The notes: a model not told the origin generated them from the sequence alone. Positions 9,677 through 19,729 are shown, numbered from the stretch's first letter. The stretch: 64,000 nt of DNA from an uncultured Alphaproteobacteria bacterium (GCA_902577425.1 CACGZD010000001.1:113860-177859); one strand, 5' to 3'. Program-made: numbers and translations.

Positions 9677-10116
9677 TATTTAATTGATTCTTTTATTCTA
9701 TCTTGAATTACTTTTGTTATTTTTTCTAATTCTTTTATGCCATCTGCAATTAAAGATTTATCTTGAATACTAGATATATTAGAGGATTTTATTTTTTCTA
9801 ATTCTTTTTTTAGCAAAATTTTTTCCTTGTTTAAATTTTCAATAATAAGGTCTTTATTTTGTAAACTTTTATCATTTGTATTTAGATTAATTTTTTTTTT
9901 CATTGTCTCTAATTCATCTTCAGTTTTTAATGCAGCAAGAAATAATATTTGATTAGAACTTGCCCTTCCGTCATTTGGAAATTGAGACAAACGTAACTTA
10001 AATTTTTCAATTAAATTATTTAATTTATCATATTCATTTTTTTCGTAATTGATTTCTATATTAGTTCCTAAAATTTCTGTTTTAAGTATTGGCATGATAT
10101 TCTTCGATAATTTCAT
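9676..10116 (-). CDS. zapA: Cell division protein ZapA-like
   Basis: ZapA-type N-terminal pattern (TEILGTNIEINYEKNEYDKLNNLI ... ILFLAALKTEDEL) followed by a coiled coil. Its stop overlaps the 5-FCL start by 1 nt. The true start may be the downstream Met at 10095. Confidence 0.62.
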   Translation of the reverse strand: MKLSKNIMPILKTEILGTNIEINYEKNEYDKLNNLIEKFKLRLSQFPNDGRASSNQILFLAALKTEDELETMKKKINLNTNDKSLQNKDLIIENLNKEKILLKKELEKIKSSNISSIQDKSLIADGIKELEKITKVIQDRIKESIK

Positions 10117-10285
10117 CTATTTTTTCAATATTGGTTCTAACTTCTTCTTTTAATTGAGATATAATTTTCTCTTTATTAGATACTCTGAGTTTTTGGGCCT
10201 CTAAACTTGAAATCAATTCTTCAACTAATAACTCTAATTCTATGATAGATTTTTTTAAATCCTTTATTTCTTTTTCTATCTCCAT
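10082..10285 (-). CDS. Small coiled-coil protein (DUF4164/ZauP-like position upstream of zapA)
   Basis: 67 aa, entirely heptad-like (IELELLVEELISSLEAQKL). The position matches the ZapA-partner gene of alphaproteobacteria. Sequence evidence is weak. Confidence 0.4.
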   Translation of the reverse strand: MEIEKEIKDLKKSIIELELLVEELISSLEAQKLRVSNKEKIISQLKEEVRTNIEKIDEIIEEYHANT

Positions 10286-10366
10286 GGTTAATTATAGTTT
10301 TATTTTTTTAAATTGTCACTTTATTGAAATTAATAATTAGTATAAAAGCTATGAAAGCAGGCTAAA

Positions 10367-12343
10367 TTGACTTCTAATATTAAAAATTTATCAGAAAATG
10401 AAAAATTATCGAATTGCATTAGATTTCTTGCTATAGATGCAGTTCAAGCAGCTAAGTCAGGGCATCCTGGTATGCCTATGGGAATGGCTGATATTGCTAC
10501 TGTTCTATTTAAAGAACATTTGAAATTTGATCCAGATGAACCTTATTGGATAGATCGAGATAGATTTATTATTTCAAATGGTCATGGATCAATGCTTTTA
10601 TATGCTCTTTTATATCTAACAGGGTATAAAGATATAACTTTAAATGACATAAAAAATTTCCGACAATTAGGTTTTCCAACAGCTGGACATCCAGAATACG
10701 GTGATCTAGCAGGAATTGAAACAACTACAGGTCCTTTGTCTCAAGGATTAGCAAACGGAGTTGGTTTTGCTCTGGCTGAAAAAATTTTACAAAATAGATT
10801 TGGGAAAGATCTATTTGATCATTTTACATATATTTTTGCAGGAGATGGATGTTTAATGGAAGGACTGAGTCATGAGGCTTCTAGTTTAGCTGGACATTTA
10901 GGATTATCAAAATTAATTGTTTTTTTTGACGACAATTCTATTTCCATTGACGGCTCAACTGAACTTAGTAATTCTGAAAATACAATGAAAAGATATGAGT
11001 CATATGGATGGGATACTATAAGTATAGATGGGCATAATCATTTTGAAATTTCTAAAGCTATTGTTAAAGCAAAAAAAAATATAAAACCTACTATTATAGC
11101 TTGTAAAACAAAAATAGGTTTTGGTTCTCCTAATAAAGAATCTAAATCTTCTTCTCATGGTTCTCCTTTAGGAGAAGATGAAATTAAATTAACTAGAAAA
11201 AACTTAGAATGGGAATTTGATAGTTTTGAAATTCCAGATGATATGCTATCAAAATGGAGAAGTTTTGCTGTAAAAAATAAAGCAATTAGACAAAATTGGA
11301 AGGAGAAAAATTCAAACACAATTTCTTCAAAAAAATATAAAGATTTTTTTTCAAAAAATTTATCAGATGAAATAATTGACAAATTAAAGGAATTTAAAAA
11401 TAAACATTTTAAAGAAAAAACAAATTGTGCTTCAAGAAAAGCAAGTGAGGCGGCAATAGAATTTTTTTCATCTGAGCTAGATAATTTAGTAGGAGGATCA
11501 GCTGATTTAACAGGATCTAATAACACCAAAACTAAAAATATGACCCATATTAGTAAAAATGATTTTAAGGGATCATATATCTATTATGGAATCAGAGAAC
11601 ACGGTATGGCAGCGATAATGAATGGTTTGGCTTTACACGGAGGCTTAAGACCATATGGTGGAACTTTTCTAGTCTTTACTGATTATTGTAGACCTTCTAT
11701 TCGATTAGCAGCTTTAATGAATTTACCTATAATTTATGTCATGACACATGATTCCATAGGTCTTGGTGAAGATGGACCTACCCATCAACCTGTAGAGCAT
11801 TTAGCTTCTCTTAGAGCAATACCTAATTTAACAGTTATTAGACCTTCAGATATGATTGAAACTATTGAAGCTTGGCAGTATGCTCTGGAATCACAATCTC
11901 CCTGTGTAATTGTTTTAACTAGACAAAACCTACCAATGCTTAGAACTAACAATAAAATAAATATAGTTGAAAATGGAGCATACCCCATTATTGATTTTGA
12001 AAATTATCAAGGAACTATTCTAGCCACTGGATCAGAGGTGGAAATAGCATGTGAAAGTTCAAAAATTTTATCTAGTGAAAATATAAATATTAGAGTTATT
12101 TCTTTTCCTAGTTGGGAAATATTTGATAAAAAGAGTAAAAAAGAAAAAATGGAAATTTTAGGAAATAAATTACTATTTGCCATTGAAGCTGGAAGTGTAA
12201 ATGGATGGGAGAAATATGTTTCAAATGAAAATTTTATAGGTATGAAATCTTTTGGAGCTAGCGGTCCATATAAAGAATTATTTGAACATTTTGAAATAAC
12301 CTCAAAAGCATTAGTTAAACTAATTAAAGAAAGAGTAAAATAA
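10367..12343 (+). CDS. tkt: Transketolase
   Basis: AAKSGHPGMPMGMADIA, the ThDP motif GDGCLMEG, and MTHDSIGLGEDGPTHQPVEHL. Apparent TTG start, with no upstream in-frame ATG. Confidence 0.95.
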   Translation: MTSNIKNLSENEKLSNCIRFLAIDAVQAAKSGHPGMPMGMADIATVLFKEHLKFDPDEPYWIDRDRFIISNGHGSMLLYALLYLTGYKDITLNDIKNFRQLGFPTAGHPEYGDLAGIETTTGPLSQGLANGVGFALAEKILQNRFGKDLFDHFTYIFAGDGCLMEGLSHEASSLAGHLGLSKLIVFFDDNSISIDGSTELSNSENTMKRYESYGWDTISIDGHNHFEISKAIVKAKKNIKPTIIACKTKIGFGSPNKESKSSSHGSPLGEDEIKLTRKNLEWEFDSFEIPDDMLSKWRSFAVKNKAIRQNWKEKNSNTISSKKYKDFFSKNLSDEIIDKLKEFKNKHFKEKTNCASRKASEAAIEFFSSELDNLVGGSADLTGSNNTKTKNMTHISKNDFKGSYIYYGIREHGMAAIMNGLALHGGLRPYGGTFLVFTDYCRPSIRLAALMNLPIIYVMTHDSIGLGEDGPTHQPVEHLASLRAIPNLTVIRPSDMIETIEAWQYALESQSPCVIVLTRQNLPMLRTNNKINIVENGAYPIIDFENYQGTILATGSEVEIACESSKILSSENINIRVISFPSWEIFDKKSKKEKMEILGNKLLFAIEAGSVNGWEKYVSNENFIGMKSFGASGPYKELFEHFEITSKALVKLIKERVK

Positions 12344-12344
12344 A

Positions 12345-13352
12345 ATGATAAAAGTTGCAATTAATGGATTTGGGAGAATTGGTAAATTAGTTTTTAGAGC
12401 TATAATAGAACAAAATTTAAAAAATGTACAAATTGTAGCTATAAATGAATTAGGTTCATTAGAATCTAGTCTTCATTTAGTTAATTTTGATAGTACACAT
12501 GGAGAATTAAAAACAAAATTATATAAAAGTAACAAAGGTATAAAATATAATAATAAAAATATTATTTTTTGTTCAGAAAGAAATCCAGCTAAATTACCTT
12601 GGAAAAAATTAGGTATTGATGTTGTATTGGAATGTAGTGGGGTTTTTACTTCCAAAGAAAAATCTCAATCACATATTATAGCTGGCGCAAAAAAAGTTAT
12701 TATTTCTGCTCCTGCTACGAATGTAGACGCAACAATTGTGCAAGGAGTAAATAATAATATCTTGAAAAAGAGGCACAATATTATTTCTAATGGTTCTTGT
12801 ACCACAAATTGTTTAGCGCCTGTAGCTATGGTTTTAGATAAAACAATAGGTATAGAATCTGGTTTTATGACTACAGTGCATAGCTTTACTGGAGATCAAA
12901 GAACTTTAGATCAAACTCATAGTGATTTGAGAAGAGCTAGAACAGCAACTAGTTCAATGATACCCACCTCTACAGGAGCTGCTAAAGCTTTAAGTTTAGT
13001 TTTACCAAAATTAAAAGGAAAACTTGACGGAACGGCAATTAGGGTTCCTACACCCAATGTTTCACTAATTGACTTCACATTTTCAAGTAAAAAAAAGGCA
13101 TCAGTAGATCTTATAAATCATTCAATGATTAAAGCTGCGAAAACAAAAAATCTAAGAGGCATTTTAACGGTGAATAATCTTCCTCTTGTTTCAATAGACT
13201 TTAATCATAATCCAAGCAGTTCAATTTTTGATTTAACCCAAACTCAAGTCGTTAGAGATAAATTTTGTCGAGTTTTGTCTTGGTATGATAACGAATGGGG
13301 TTTTTCAAATAGAATGATAGATACTTTAATAAATTTAAAAAAATTTCTATAA
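12345..13352 (+). CDS. gap: Glyceraldehyde-3-phosphate dehydrogenase (type I)
   Basis: INGFGRIGK NAD-binding N-terminus, active site SNGSCTTNCLAP, WYDNEWGFSNR near the C-terminus. Confidence 0.95.
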   Translation: MIKVAINGFGRIGKLVFRAIIEQNLKNVQIVAINELGSLESSLHLVNFDSTHGELKTKLYKSNKGIKYNNKNIIFCSERNPAKLPWKKLGIDVVLECSGVFTSKEKSQSHIIAGAKKVIISAPATNVDATIVQGVNNNILKKRHNIISNGSCTTNCLAPVAMVLDKTIGIESGFMTTVHSFTGDQRTLDQTHSDLRRARTATSSMIPTSTGAAKALSLVLPKLKGKLDGTAIRVPTPNVSLIDFTFSSKKKASVDLINHSMIKAAKTKNLRGILTVNNLPLVSIDFNHNPSSSIFDLTQTQVVRDKFCRVLSWYDNEWGFSNRMIDTLINLKKFL

Positions 13353-13727
13353 GTGATATTAAAAAGTTACTGTTTCTCTTTTACTAACTATAATCATACT
13401 GCAGAAATTATAAAAAATTGTAATAACACAAATCTGAAACCTGTATTATTTATAAATAATAAATTAATAAGTGGTTTAGGTGTAGATTGGCTAAATTCAT
13501 TGCGGACTATGTTAAATACTCAAAAAAAACTTAAAAATTTTAAATTATATGTAGATGTAAAAAAAAATTACGGTTTATTTATAAGTTTAGTTGAGAAAAA
13601 AATAGACTATATAAAAATTGAGACTTCAAAAGAGAATATTAACAAAATTAAAGAAATAGCAAAATTAAATAAAGTTTTAATAAATCCACAATTTAGTGTA
13701 GTAAATCCACTTAAATCTAAAATATAG
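13353..13727 (+). CDS. Hypothetical protein (orphan ORF directly after gap, GTG start)
   Basis: 124-aa ORF whose start abuts the gap stop codon. I recognise no family motif. Alternating hydrophobic/charged pattern suggests an alpha/beta fold. Coding status not certain. Confidence 0.35.
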   Translation: MILKSYCFSFTNYNHTAEIIKNCNNTNLKPVLFINNKLISGLGVDWLNSLRTMLNTQKKLKNFKLYVDVKKNYGLFISLVEKKIDYIKIETSKENINKIKEIAKLNKVLINPQFSVVNPLKSKI

Positions 13728-13778
13728 TTTTAAAACAATAATAAAGAAAATAAAATTCAATTAATAAAAAAGGGAAAG

Positions 13779-14348
13779 ATGAAAATTGAAGGAAATCAAA
13801 TAAAAATTGGGAATATATTAGAAATTAATAATAAACTTTGGAGAGTAACAAAAACTCAACATACTCAACCTGGAAAAGGTGGTGCATATATTCAAGTAGA
13901 AATGAAAGCGATAAAAGAGGGCACCAAAGCAAATGAAAGATTCCGGTCATCTGAAAATGTTGAAAGAGTTATTCTAGATGAAAAAAAATATCAATATCTC
14001 TATTCTAATGAAAATAAATTTTATTTTATGGATACAAAAAATTATGAACAGATAGAAATAGGTGAAGATATAATTAATGAAGGTCAATCTAAATTTTTAG
14101 TAGAAAATCAAGAAATTTTACTGCAGTTATATGACTCAATTCCAGTATCGATAATATTGCCAGAACATGTTAATTTAAAAGTAATAGAAGCAGATGCAGT
14201 AGTTAAAGGACAAACAGCAGCTTCTTCTTATAAACCAGCAATCTTAGAAAAAGGTATTAAGACTTCTGTCCCACCTTTTATAGAAGTTGGAGATGTAATA
14301 GTTGTGAGCACAACAGATTCTGCTTATGTAGAAAAATCTAAATCCTAA
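13779..14348 (+). CDS. efp: Elongation factor P
   Basis: Full-length EF-P pattern (HTQPGKGGAYIQVEMK, VKGQTAASSYKPA), 189 aa. Confidence 0.93.
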   Translation: MKIEGNQIKIGNILEINNKLWRVTKTQHTQPGKGGAYIQVEMKAIKEGTKANERFRSSENVERVILDEKKYQYLYSNENKFYFMDTKNYEQIEIGEDIINEGQSKFLVENQEILLQLYDSIPVSIILPEHVNLKVIEADAVVKGQTAASSYKPAILEKGIKTSVPPFIEVGDVIVVSTTDSAYVEKSKS

Positions 14349-14349
14349 A

Positions 14350-15132
14350 ATGATAAATCAACCCCCGGTAATAAATATTTTTGAAAAAGCAGCTAAAAAA
14401 GCAAGTAAATATTTAAAGCGAGATTTTGGAGAAATTGAAAATCTTCAAATACAATCAAAAAAAATATCTGATTTTGTTACAAATGCTGATTTAAAGTCTG
14501 AAGAAGTGCTTCTTGAAACTCTTAGATATTATTATCCTAACGCAACCTACATAACAGAGGAAGCAGGTATAATTAAAGGTAATGAAGAAACTATTGTTAT
14601 AGATCCAATAGATGGAACAACCAATTTTATTCATGGCATTCCTTTTGTATCAATTGTTATAGGAAGAATCATTAATGATGAAATTACCGATGGAATAATA
14701 CTCAATCCCATTCTTAATGAATTTTATTGGGCTTCTAAAGGTAAAGGTGCTTGGTGCAATAATAAGAGATTAAGAGTTTCTAAAAGACAGCAAATGATTA
14801 ACTGTTTAATAGGTACTGGAATTCCTTATGCTGATAATGGACATGAAAATTATTTAGATGAAATAGATATAATTTCAAAAAACTCCTGTGGGTTAAGAAG
14901 AATGGGAACTGCATCTTTAGATTTAGCTTTTGTTGCTTCGGGAAAACTTGATGGATTTTGGGAAAGAAATCTTAATATTTGGGATGTATGTTCTGGAGTT
15001 ATATTAGTTAAGGAAGCAGGTGGAAAAATAAGTCTTCCAAATGGAGGAATATGGGGCACAGAATCAAGAGATATACTTGCAACAAATACAAATATTCATG
15101 AAGAAATGCAAAATAAACTAACTTTACTTTAA
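14350..15132 (+). CDS. suhB: Inositol monophosphatase family protein (SuhB-like)
   Basis: IMPase motifs [14 protein letters not shown] and [15 protein letters not shown]. Confidence 0.86.
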   Translation: MINQPPVINIFEKAAKKASKYLKRDFGEIENLQIQSKKISDFVTNADLKSEEVLLETLRYYYPNATYITEEAGIIKGNEETIVIDPIDGTTNFIHGIPFVSIVIGRIINDEITDGIILNPILNEFYWASKGKGAWCNNKRLRVSKRQQMINCLIGTGIPYADNGHENYLDEIDIISKNSCGLRRMGTASLDLAFVASGKLDGFWERNLNIWDVCSGVILVKEAGGKISLPNGGIWGTESRDILATNTNIHEEMQNKLTLL

Positions 15133-15157
15133 AAAGTTTTTAGTTATAAGGAAAAAA

Positions 15158-15385
15158 ATGAAAAAAAATATTCATCCAGATTATCATGAAATAGAAGTCG
15201 AAATGACTGACGGATCAAAATTTAAAACTCGCTCTACTTGGGGTAAGGCCTCAGATACTCTTAAATTAGAAATTGATCCAAAGACTCACCCTGCATGGAC
15301 TGGAGGTAAAGCAAACATAAACGACTCTGAAGGGCAAGTAGCTAGATTTGAAAAAAGATTTAAAAATATTAAAATAGGTAAATAG
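15158..15385 (+). CDS. rpmE: 50S ribosomal protein L31
   Basis: [12 protein letters not shown]..., HPAWTGG, ARFEKRF. 75 aa. Confidence 0.9.
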   Translation: MKKNIHPDYHEIEVEMTDGSKFKTRSTWGKASDTLKLEIDPKTHPAWTGGKANINDSEGQVARFEKRFKNIKIGK

Positions 15386-15389
15386 TTTT

Positions 15390-15572
15390 TTATTTAAAAA
15401 ATTTTTGTGCTTCTTCCTTAGTTTTTAACCTTTTTTTTATTTCTTCCTCAGCTCTTTTCTGCTCATTAACCAAATCCGAAATATACTCTTCTAAATCTTC
15501 AACACTAAAATCTTCAAGATTAATAGATTTTACAGCTTTGGTATTTTCATCAAATTCAATAAAATTACTCAT
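15390..15572 (-). CDS. DUF1192-like small coiled-coil protein
   Basis: 60 aa with the DUF1192-type LEDFSVEDLEEYISDL...EEEIKKR pattern common in alphaproteobacteria. Convergent with rpmE, 4 nt apart. Confidence 0.55.
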   Translation of the reverse strand: MSNFIEFDENTKAVKSINLEDFSVEDLEEYISDLVNEQKRAEEEIKKRLKTKEEAQKFFK

Positions 15573-15643
15573 AATTAATAATTTTATATATATTTTTTAG
15601 GTTTGTGTTTGTATTAAATATTTTTTAATTTATAGACCTAATT

Positions 15644-16186
15644 ATGACTTTACCACTTATGCCAAAAGCAACAGCCATATGGTTGATAGAAAATACTGGG
15701 TTATCTTTTATACAAATAGCAAACTTTTGTGGATTACATGAACTAGAAGTACAAGGTATTGCTGATGGAGATGTTGCAAATGGTATGCAGGGATATGATC
15801 CTATTGATAATAATCAATTAACTAAAGAAGAAATAAATAGGTGTGAAAATGATCCTGAAGCAAGTTTAGTGCTTATAAGTTCAAAAACAATAGATGAATT
15901 ACCGCCTAGAAAAAAAGATACTAAATATACCCCTATTTCTTTAAGACAAGAAAAACCCTATGCTATTCTTTGGTTAATAAAACGATATCCTAATGAGTTA
16001 AGTAGTTCACAAATAGCCAAACTAACTGGCTCCACGAAGAACACTGTGGAAGCTATAAGAAATGGAACATATAGAGAGGCTGTATTAGAGTCAAAAAGTC
16101 CGATGGATATAGGGCTATGTACTTACGAAGAATTAGAAAAATCTCTTAATAGATCAAGAAAAAAATCTGAAACAGCAGCTATATAA
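15644..16186 (+). CDS. DUF1013 protein (TrcR-type cell-cycle transcriptional regulator family)
   Basis: Highly conserved alphaproteobacterial N-terminus PLMPKATAIWLIENTGLSFIQIANFCGLHELEVQGIADGDVA. Confidence 0.72.
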   Translation: MTLPLMPKATAIWLIENTGLSFIQIANFCGLHELEVQGIADGDVANGMQGYDPIDNNQLTKEEINRCENDPEASLVLISSKTIDELPPRKKDTKYTPISLRQEKPYAILWLIKRYPNELSSSQIAKLTGSTKNTVEAIRNGTYREAVLESKSPMDIGLCTYEELEKSLNRSRKKSETAAI

Positions 16187-16193
16187 CTTTATA

Positions 16194-17381
16194 TTATTTT
16201 GTTATTACAAAATGTGATACATCAGTTGTTCCTGCAATGAATCCAACTTCACAATAAGATAAATAGTATTCCCACATTTTTTTGAATCTATCTTTAAATC
16301 CTTGAGAAGCTATTTGAGGCCATGCATTTTGAAATTCATTTTTCCAAATATTTAATGTTTTCGCATAAGATTTACTAAAATTTTGTATTTCATTTATTTG
16401 CAAACCTAATTGAAGATTAATATCTGTTAATTGTTTTTTTGAAGGAAGAACGCCTCCAGGAAAAATGTATTGCTGAATAAAATCAGGATTATTTTGATAA
16501 AATTCTGCTTTTTCATCTTTAATGGTTATAATTTGTAAGGCTGCGGAACCTTCTTCTTTCAAAGATTCTTTGAGAATATTAAAAAAAACTTTCCAATATT
16601 TTTTTCCAACTGCCTCAAACATCTCTATTGAAGCTATGTTTGTATATTTCTTATCAACATCTCGATAATCTTTCATTTCTACATTAACTTTTTCATTCAA
16701 ACCTTCATTAAAAATTTTTTTTGAAGTAAATTCAAATTGCTCCTTAGAAATGGTAATTGCATTTACTCTAGAGCCATACTCTTTCGCAATATACGAGGAG
16801 AAACCTCCCCATCCACATCCAATTTCTAGTACATTAGAATTTTCATTTAGATTAAGGTTGTTTGCAATTTCTTTATATTTATTTTTTTGAGCTATATATA
16901 AATCTTTGTTTGAATTAGTAAATATACCAGAAGAATAAGTCATAGAAGGGTCTAGCCATAATTTGTAAAATTCATTACCTAAATCATAGTGAAAACTAAT
17001 ATTTTTTTTACTCCTTGACTTAGTATTTTCATTTAAATGATGTTTAATTCTTCTATATTTATTTAATACTTCGGATATTAGTCCTTTTTTTAAAAAAAAA
17101 CTTTGATTGTCATAAGCAAATAATAATAATTTAGATAAATTATCACTAGTAAAATCTTTTTCCATATAAGATTCTGCAAATCCTATTGATCCTTTTAATA
17201 ATAATTTAGAAAAAACTTTGTAATTAAAAAGTTTTATTTCAGCTTCATAGCCGTTTTGATCTCCTCTATACATAACTTTTTCATTATCTGGATAAGTTAC
17301 ATATAATGAACCCTTCTTTATCTTTTTGAAGAAATTATTTGAGATTTTTTTTAAAGATTTGTTAAAATTTATTTCTAGCAT
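16194..17381 (-). CDS. Cyclopropane-fatty-acyl-phospholipid synthase-like SAM-dependent methyltransferase
   Basis: SAM-binding motif VLEIGCGWGGFS and the CFA-synthase family C-terminal region (WEYYLSYCEVGF). ~395 aa. Confidence 0.8.
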   Translation of the reverse strand: MLEINFNKSLKKISNNFFKKIKKGSLYVTYPDNEKVMYRGDQNGYEAEIKLFNYKVFSKLLLKGSIGFAESYMEKDFTSDNLSKLLLFAYDNQSFFLKKGLISEVLNKYRRIKHHLNENTKSRSKKNISFHYDLGNEFYKLWLDPSMTYSSGIFTNSNKDLYIAQKNKYKEIANNLNLNENSNVLEIGCGWGGFSSYIAKEYGSRVNAITISKEQFEFTSKKIFNEGLNEKVNVEMKDYRDVDKKYTNIASIEMFEAVGKKYWKVFFNILKESLKEEGSAALQIITIKDEKAEFYQNNPDFIQQYIFPGGVLPSKKQLTDINLQLGLQINEIQNFSKSYAKTLNIWKNEFQNAWPQIASQGFKDRFKKMWEYYLSYCEVGFIAGTTDVSHFVITK

Positions 17382-17386
17382 AGAAT

Positions 17387-18160
17387 TTACAATTTTCCTT
17401 CAAAAGTTATTGAGTCAATAATTTTTTTTTCTCTACTATAATATTTTCCACCTTTAATAAATATAATTAATGCCTCATATAAGATTGCAAAAATTACTTT
17501 AAAAGTAACTAAAGGATTAAAAATTAACTGTTTAATCAATGTCATTGATCTTAATGGAACATTATTACCAAATTGTGAAGCTGTAAAAATTTTTTCATTT
17601 TTATCATTAAATAAATCAATGATAATAGACAATTTTTCTTCAGAAATTGAATTAGTGAATTTATAAACTCCTTTCATTTCAATAAATGGAGATACATAAA
17701 AAGATTTATTACATTGATGCTTGTATTCTTCTTTATTCTTTATTTCTTTACTTGCAAAAAAATAAGTATGTTGCTCATTAGAAGTATTTTTTACTTCATA
17801 AAAAATAGATATTAAATTGTCTTCATTATAACAATAAATTATAGATAGAGGATTAAAAACATATCCCAGTATTCTTGGAAAACATAAAATTTTAATTTTT
17901 AAATTTTTATATTTAATTTCTTGTTTATCTAAAAATTTTTTAACAAATTCTTCTAAAGTGCGTTTATCTCTAAATCCGTGATCTTCATCATAATAAGAAA
18001 ATAGATTAAATTTATTATAAGAAAAAAATTTTATATTTTTTGTAATTTTTTTTAATTCATCATAATCAAGATACATGGTCAATAATGTATATTGGAATTT
18101 GTGGTTAAAAGGTTTGAAACGCTTGTGAATGATCTTTGTTAAATAAAATAATGAATTCAT
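17387..18160 (-). CDS. DUF1365 family protein
   Basis: N-terminal HKRFKPFNHKFQY motif typical of DUF1365, ~257 aa. Sandwiched between the FAD oxidoreductase and the CFA-synthase-like gene, as in many proteobacteria. Confidence 0.7.
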   Translation of the reverse strand: MNSLFYLTKIIHKRFKPFNHKFQYTLLTMYLDYDELKKITKNIKFFSYNKFNLFSYYDEDHGFRDKRTLEEFVKKFLDKQEIKYKNLKIKILCFPRILGYVFNPLSIIYCYNEDNLISIFYEVKNTSNEQHTYFFASKEIKNKEEYKHQCNKSFYVSPFIEMKGVYKFTNSISEEKLSIIIDLFNDKNEKIFTASQFGNNVPLRSMTLIKQLIFNPLVTFKVIFAILYEALIIFIKGGKYYSREKKIIDSITFEGKL

Positions 18161-19449
18161 TAATTTCTAACCCGCAAAATAAAATTCTTGTTTCGTTTCC
18201 AAGGCAAATCTACATCTAGATACTTACATAAACTAGCTGCTGATTGTATCCCATCTTCATGAAAACCATATCCAAAATAACTACCGCAGAAATAAGTATT
18301 TTTTTTACCTTGTATTTTATATAAGTCTTTTTGAGCTTTTAAAGTTTCTAAAGAAAAAATTGGATGCTCAAAAATAGTTTTATCTATAATATTTTTAGGT
18401 AATTTAGAGGGATTTATAGTGACAAAATAATTTTTTTTACTAGGAAGATTTTGTAACTTATTCATCCAATATGTTAGAGAAAAATTATCTGAGTCATTTT
18501 TTTTTATAAAATTCCAACTAGACCAAGTTAATTTCCTTTGAGGCATATGTGTTGCATCCGAATGTAAAACAGCTAAATTTTTACTATATTTAAATGTAGA
18601 TAGTAAATTTTGTTCATCTTCAGTAGGTTTATCAATGAGAGAAAGAGCTTGGTCTGCATGTGTAGCTAATACCAATTTATCGAATGAGTAAATTTTATTA
18701 CTACTTAATATTTTAATTTTATCATTTTCTCTTTTTATTGATTTGATTTTAAAATTAGTTTCATAACTGAACATGTCTTTATCTATTAATTTTTCTATGT
18801 AGTTATTGCTACCATTTTTAATATATTTCCATTGAGGTCTTGAAATAATATTAAATAATCCATGATTTGAAAAAAACTCAATAAAAGATTTTAAAGGAAA
18901 TTGTTTTGCTTTTTCACTATTAGAAGACCAAATTGAAGATATCATTGGGTATATATGATAATCTTTTACAAATTTACTGAAATTATTCTTTTTTAAAAAT
19001 TCTTCAATAGAAATATTATCAATTAAATCTTTTGTGGAATATAATTTTTTACAAATTCTATAAAGTTTTAATATTTCAAAAATAAAAAAAATAAACTGTA
19101 AGGATAAAATATTTTTTCTTTGAGCAAATAATGAATTTATATTACCTCCCCCATATTCTATATTATTTCTTGTGTCAGAAACAGAGAAAGACATTTCAGA
19201 ATTTTCTGAATTAACATCAAGATAATTTAGAAATGATATGAAATCTTGGTAATTTTTTTTATTGAAAACAATAAACCCAGTATCAACTAATATTTTTTTT
19301 TTCTTTTCAAAAATTGAGACTGTTCTTGTATGTCCACCTAAAACATTATTTTTTTCAAATAATGAAACATTAAATTTTTTTGATAAAAAAAAAGCAGCAC
19401 TTAAACCAGATATTCCTGATCCAATCACTGCCAATCTTTGTTTTTCCAT
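18160..19449 (-). CDS. FAD/NAD(P)-binding amine-oxidase-like oxidoreductase
   Basis: Rossmann dinucleotide motif AVIGSGISGLSAAFFL...LFEKNNVLGGHTRT. ~429 aa. 1-nt overlap with the DUF1365 gene. Confidence 0.8.
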   Translation of the reverse strand: MEKQRLAVIGSGISGLSAAFFLSKKFNVSLFEKNNVLGGHTRTVSIFEKKKKILVDTGFIVFNKKNYQDFISFLNYLDVNSENSEMSFSVSDTRNNIEYGGGNINSLFAQRKNILSLQFIFFIFEILKLYRICKKLYSTKDLIDNISIEEFLKKNNFSKFVKDYHIYPMISSIWSSNSEKAKQFPLKSFIEFFSNHGLFNIISRPQWKYIKNGSNNYIEKLIDKDMFSYETNFKIKSIKRENDKIKILSSNKIYSFDKLVLATHADQALSLIDKPTEDEQNLLSTFKYSKNLAVLHSDATHMPQRKLTWSSWNFIKKNDSDNFSLTYWMNKLQNLPSKKNYFVTINPSKLPKNIIDKTIFEHPIFSLETLKAQKDLYKIQGKKNTYFCGSYFGYGFHEDGIQSAASLCKYLDVDLPWKRNKNFILRVRN

Positions 19450-19497
19450 AAATTTTATTTAGGTAAAGTAATCTAAAAATAAAGATTTAAATTATCT

Positions 19498-19689
19498 TTA
19501 TTTAGAATGAGGGGGCATTTTCTTTTCTACAAACCAAACATGCTTCTTTAAAACAGGGTCATACTTCTTAACACGTAATTTTTCTGCCACTTTTAGACCT
19601 TTTGTTGGTTTTCGAACAATATATTTAGTCCCCGTTTCAGGTTTTTCCTCTGGTAAAAGCTGTTTTAATGCGAATGATTTCTTAGCCAT
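19498..19689 (-). CDS. rpmG: 50S ribosomal protein L33
   Basis: L33 core pattern EKLRVKKYDPVLKKHVWFVEKK. 63 aa. Confidence 0.8.
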   Translation of the reverse strand: MAKKSFALKQLLPEEKPETGTKYIVRKPTKGLKVAEKLRVKKYDPVLKKHVWFVEKKMPPHSK

Positions 19690-19729
19690 AAAGAGCGTAT
19701 ATATTAATATTTATTTAAATAAAGTATTT

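Noticed and set aside
10351-10365. Four-codon mini-ORF (ATG AAA GCA GGC TAA) ending 1 nt before the TTG start of tkt.
   Set aside because: It is too short and unsupported to call a regulatory uORF. It more likely just overlaps the RBS and promoter region.
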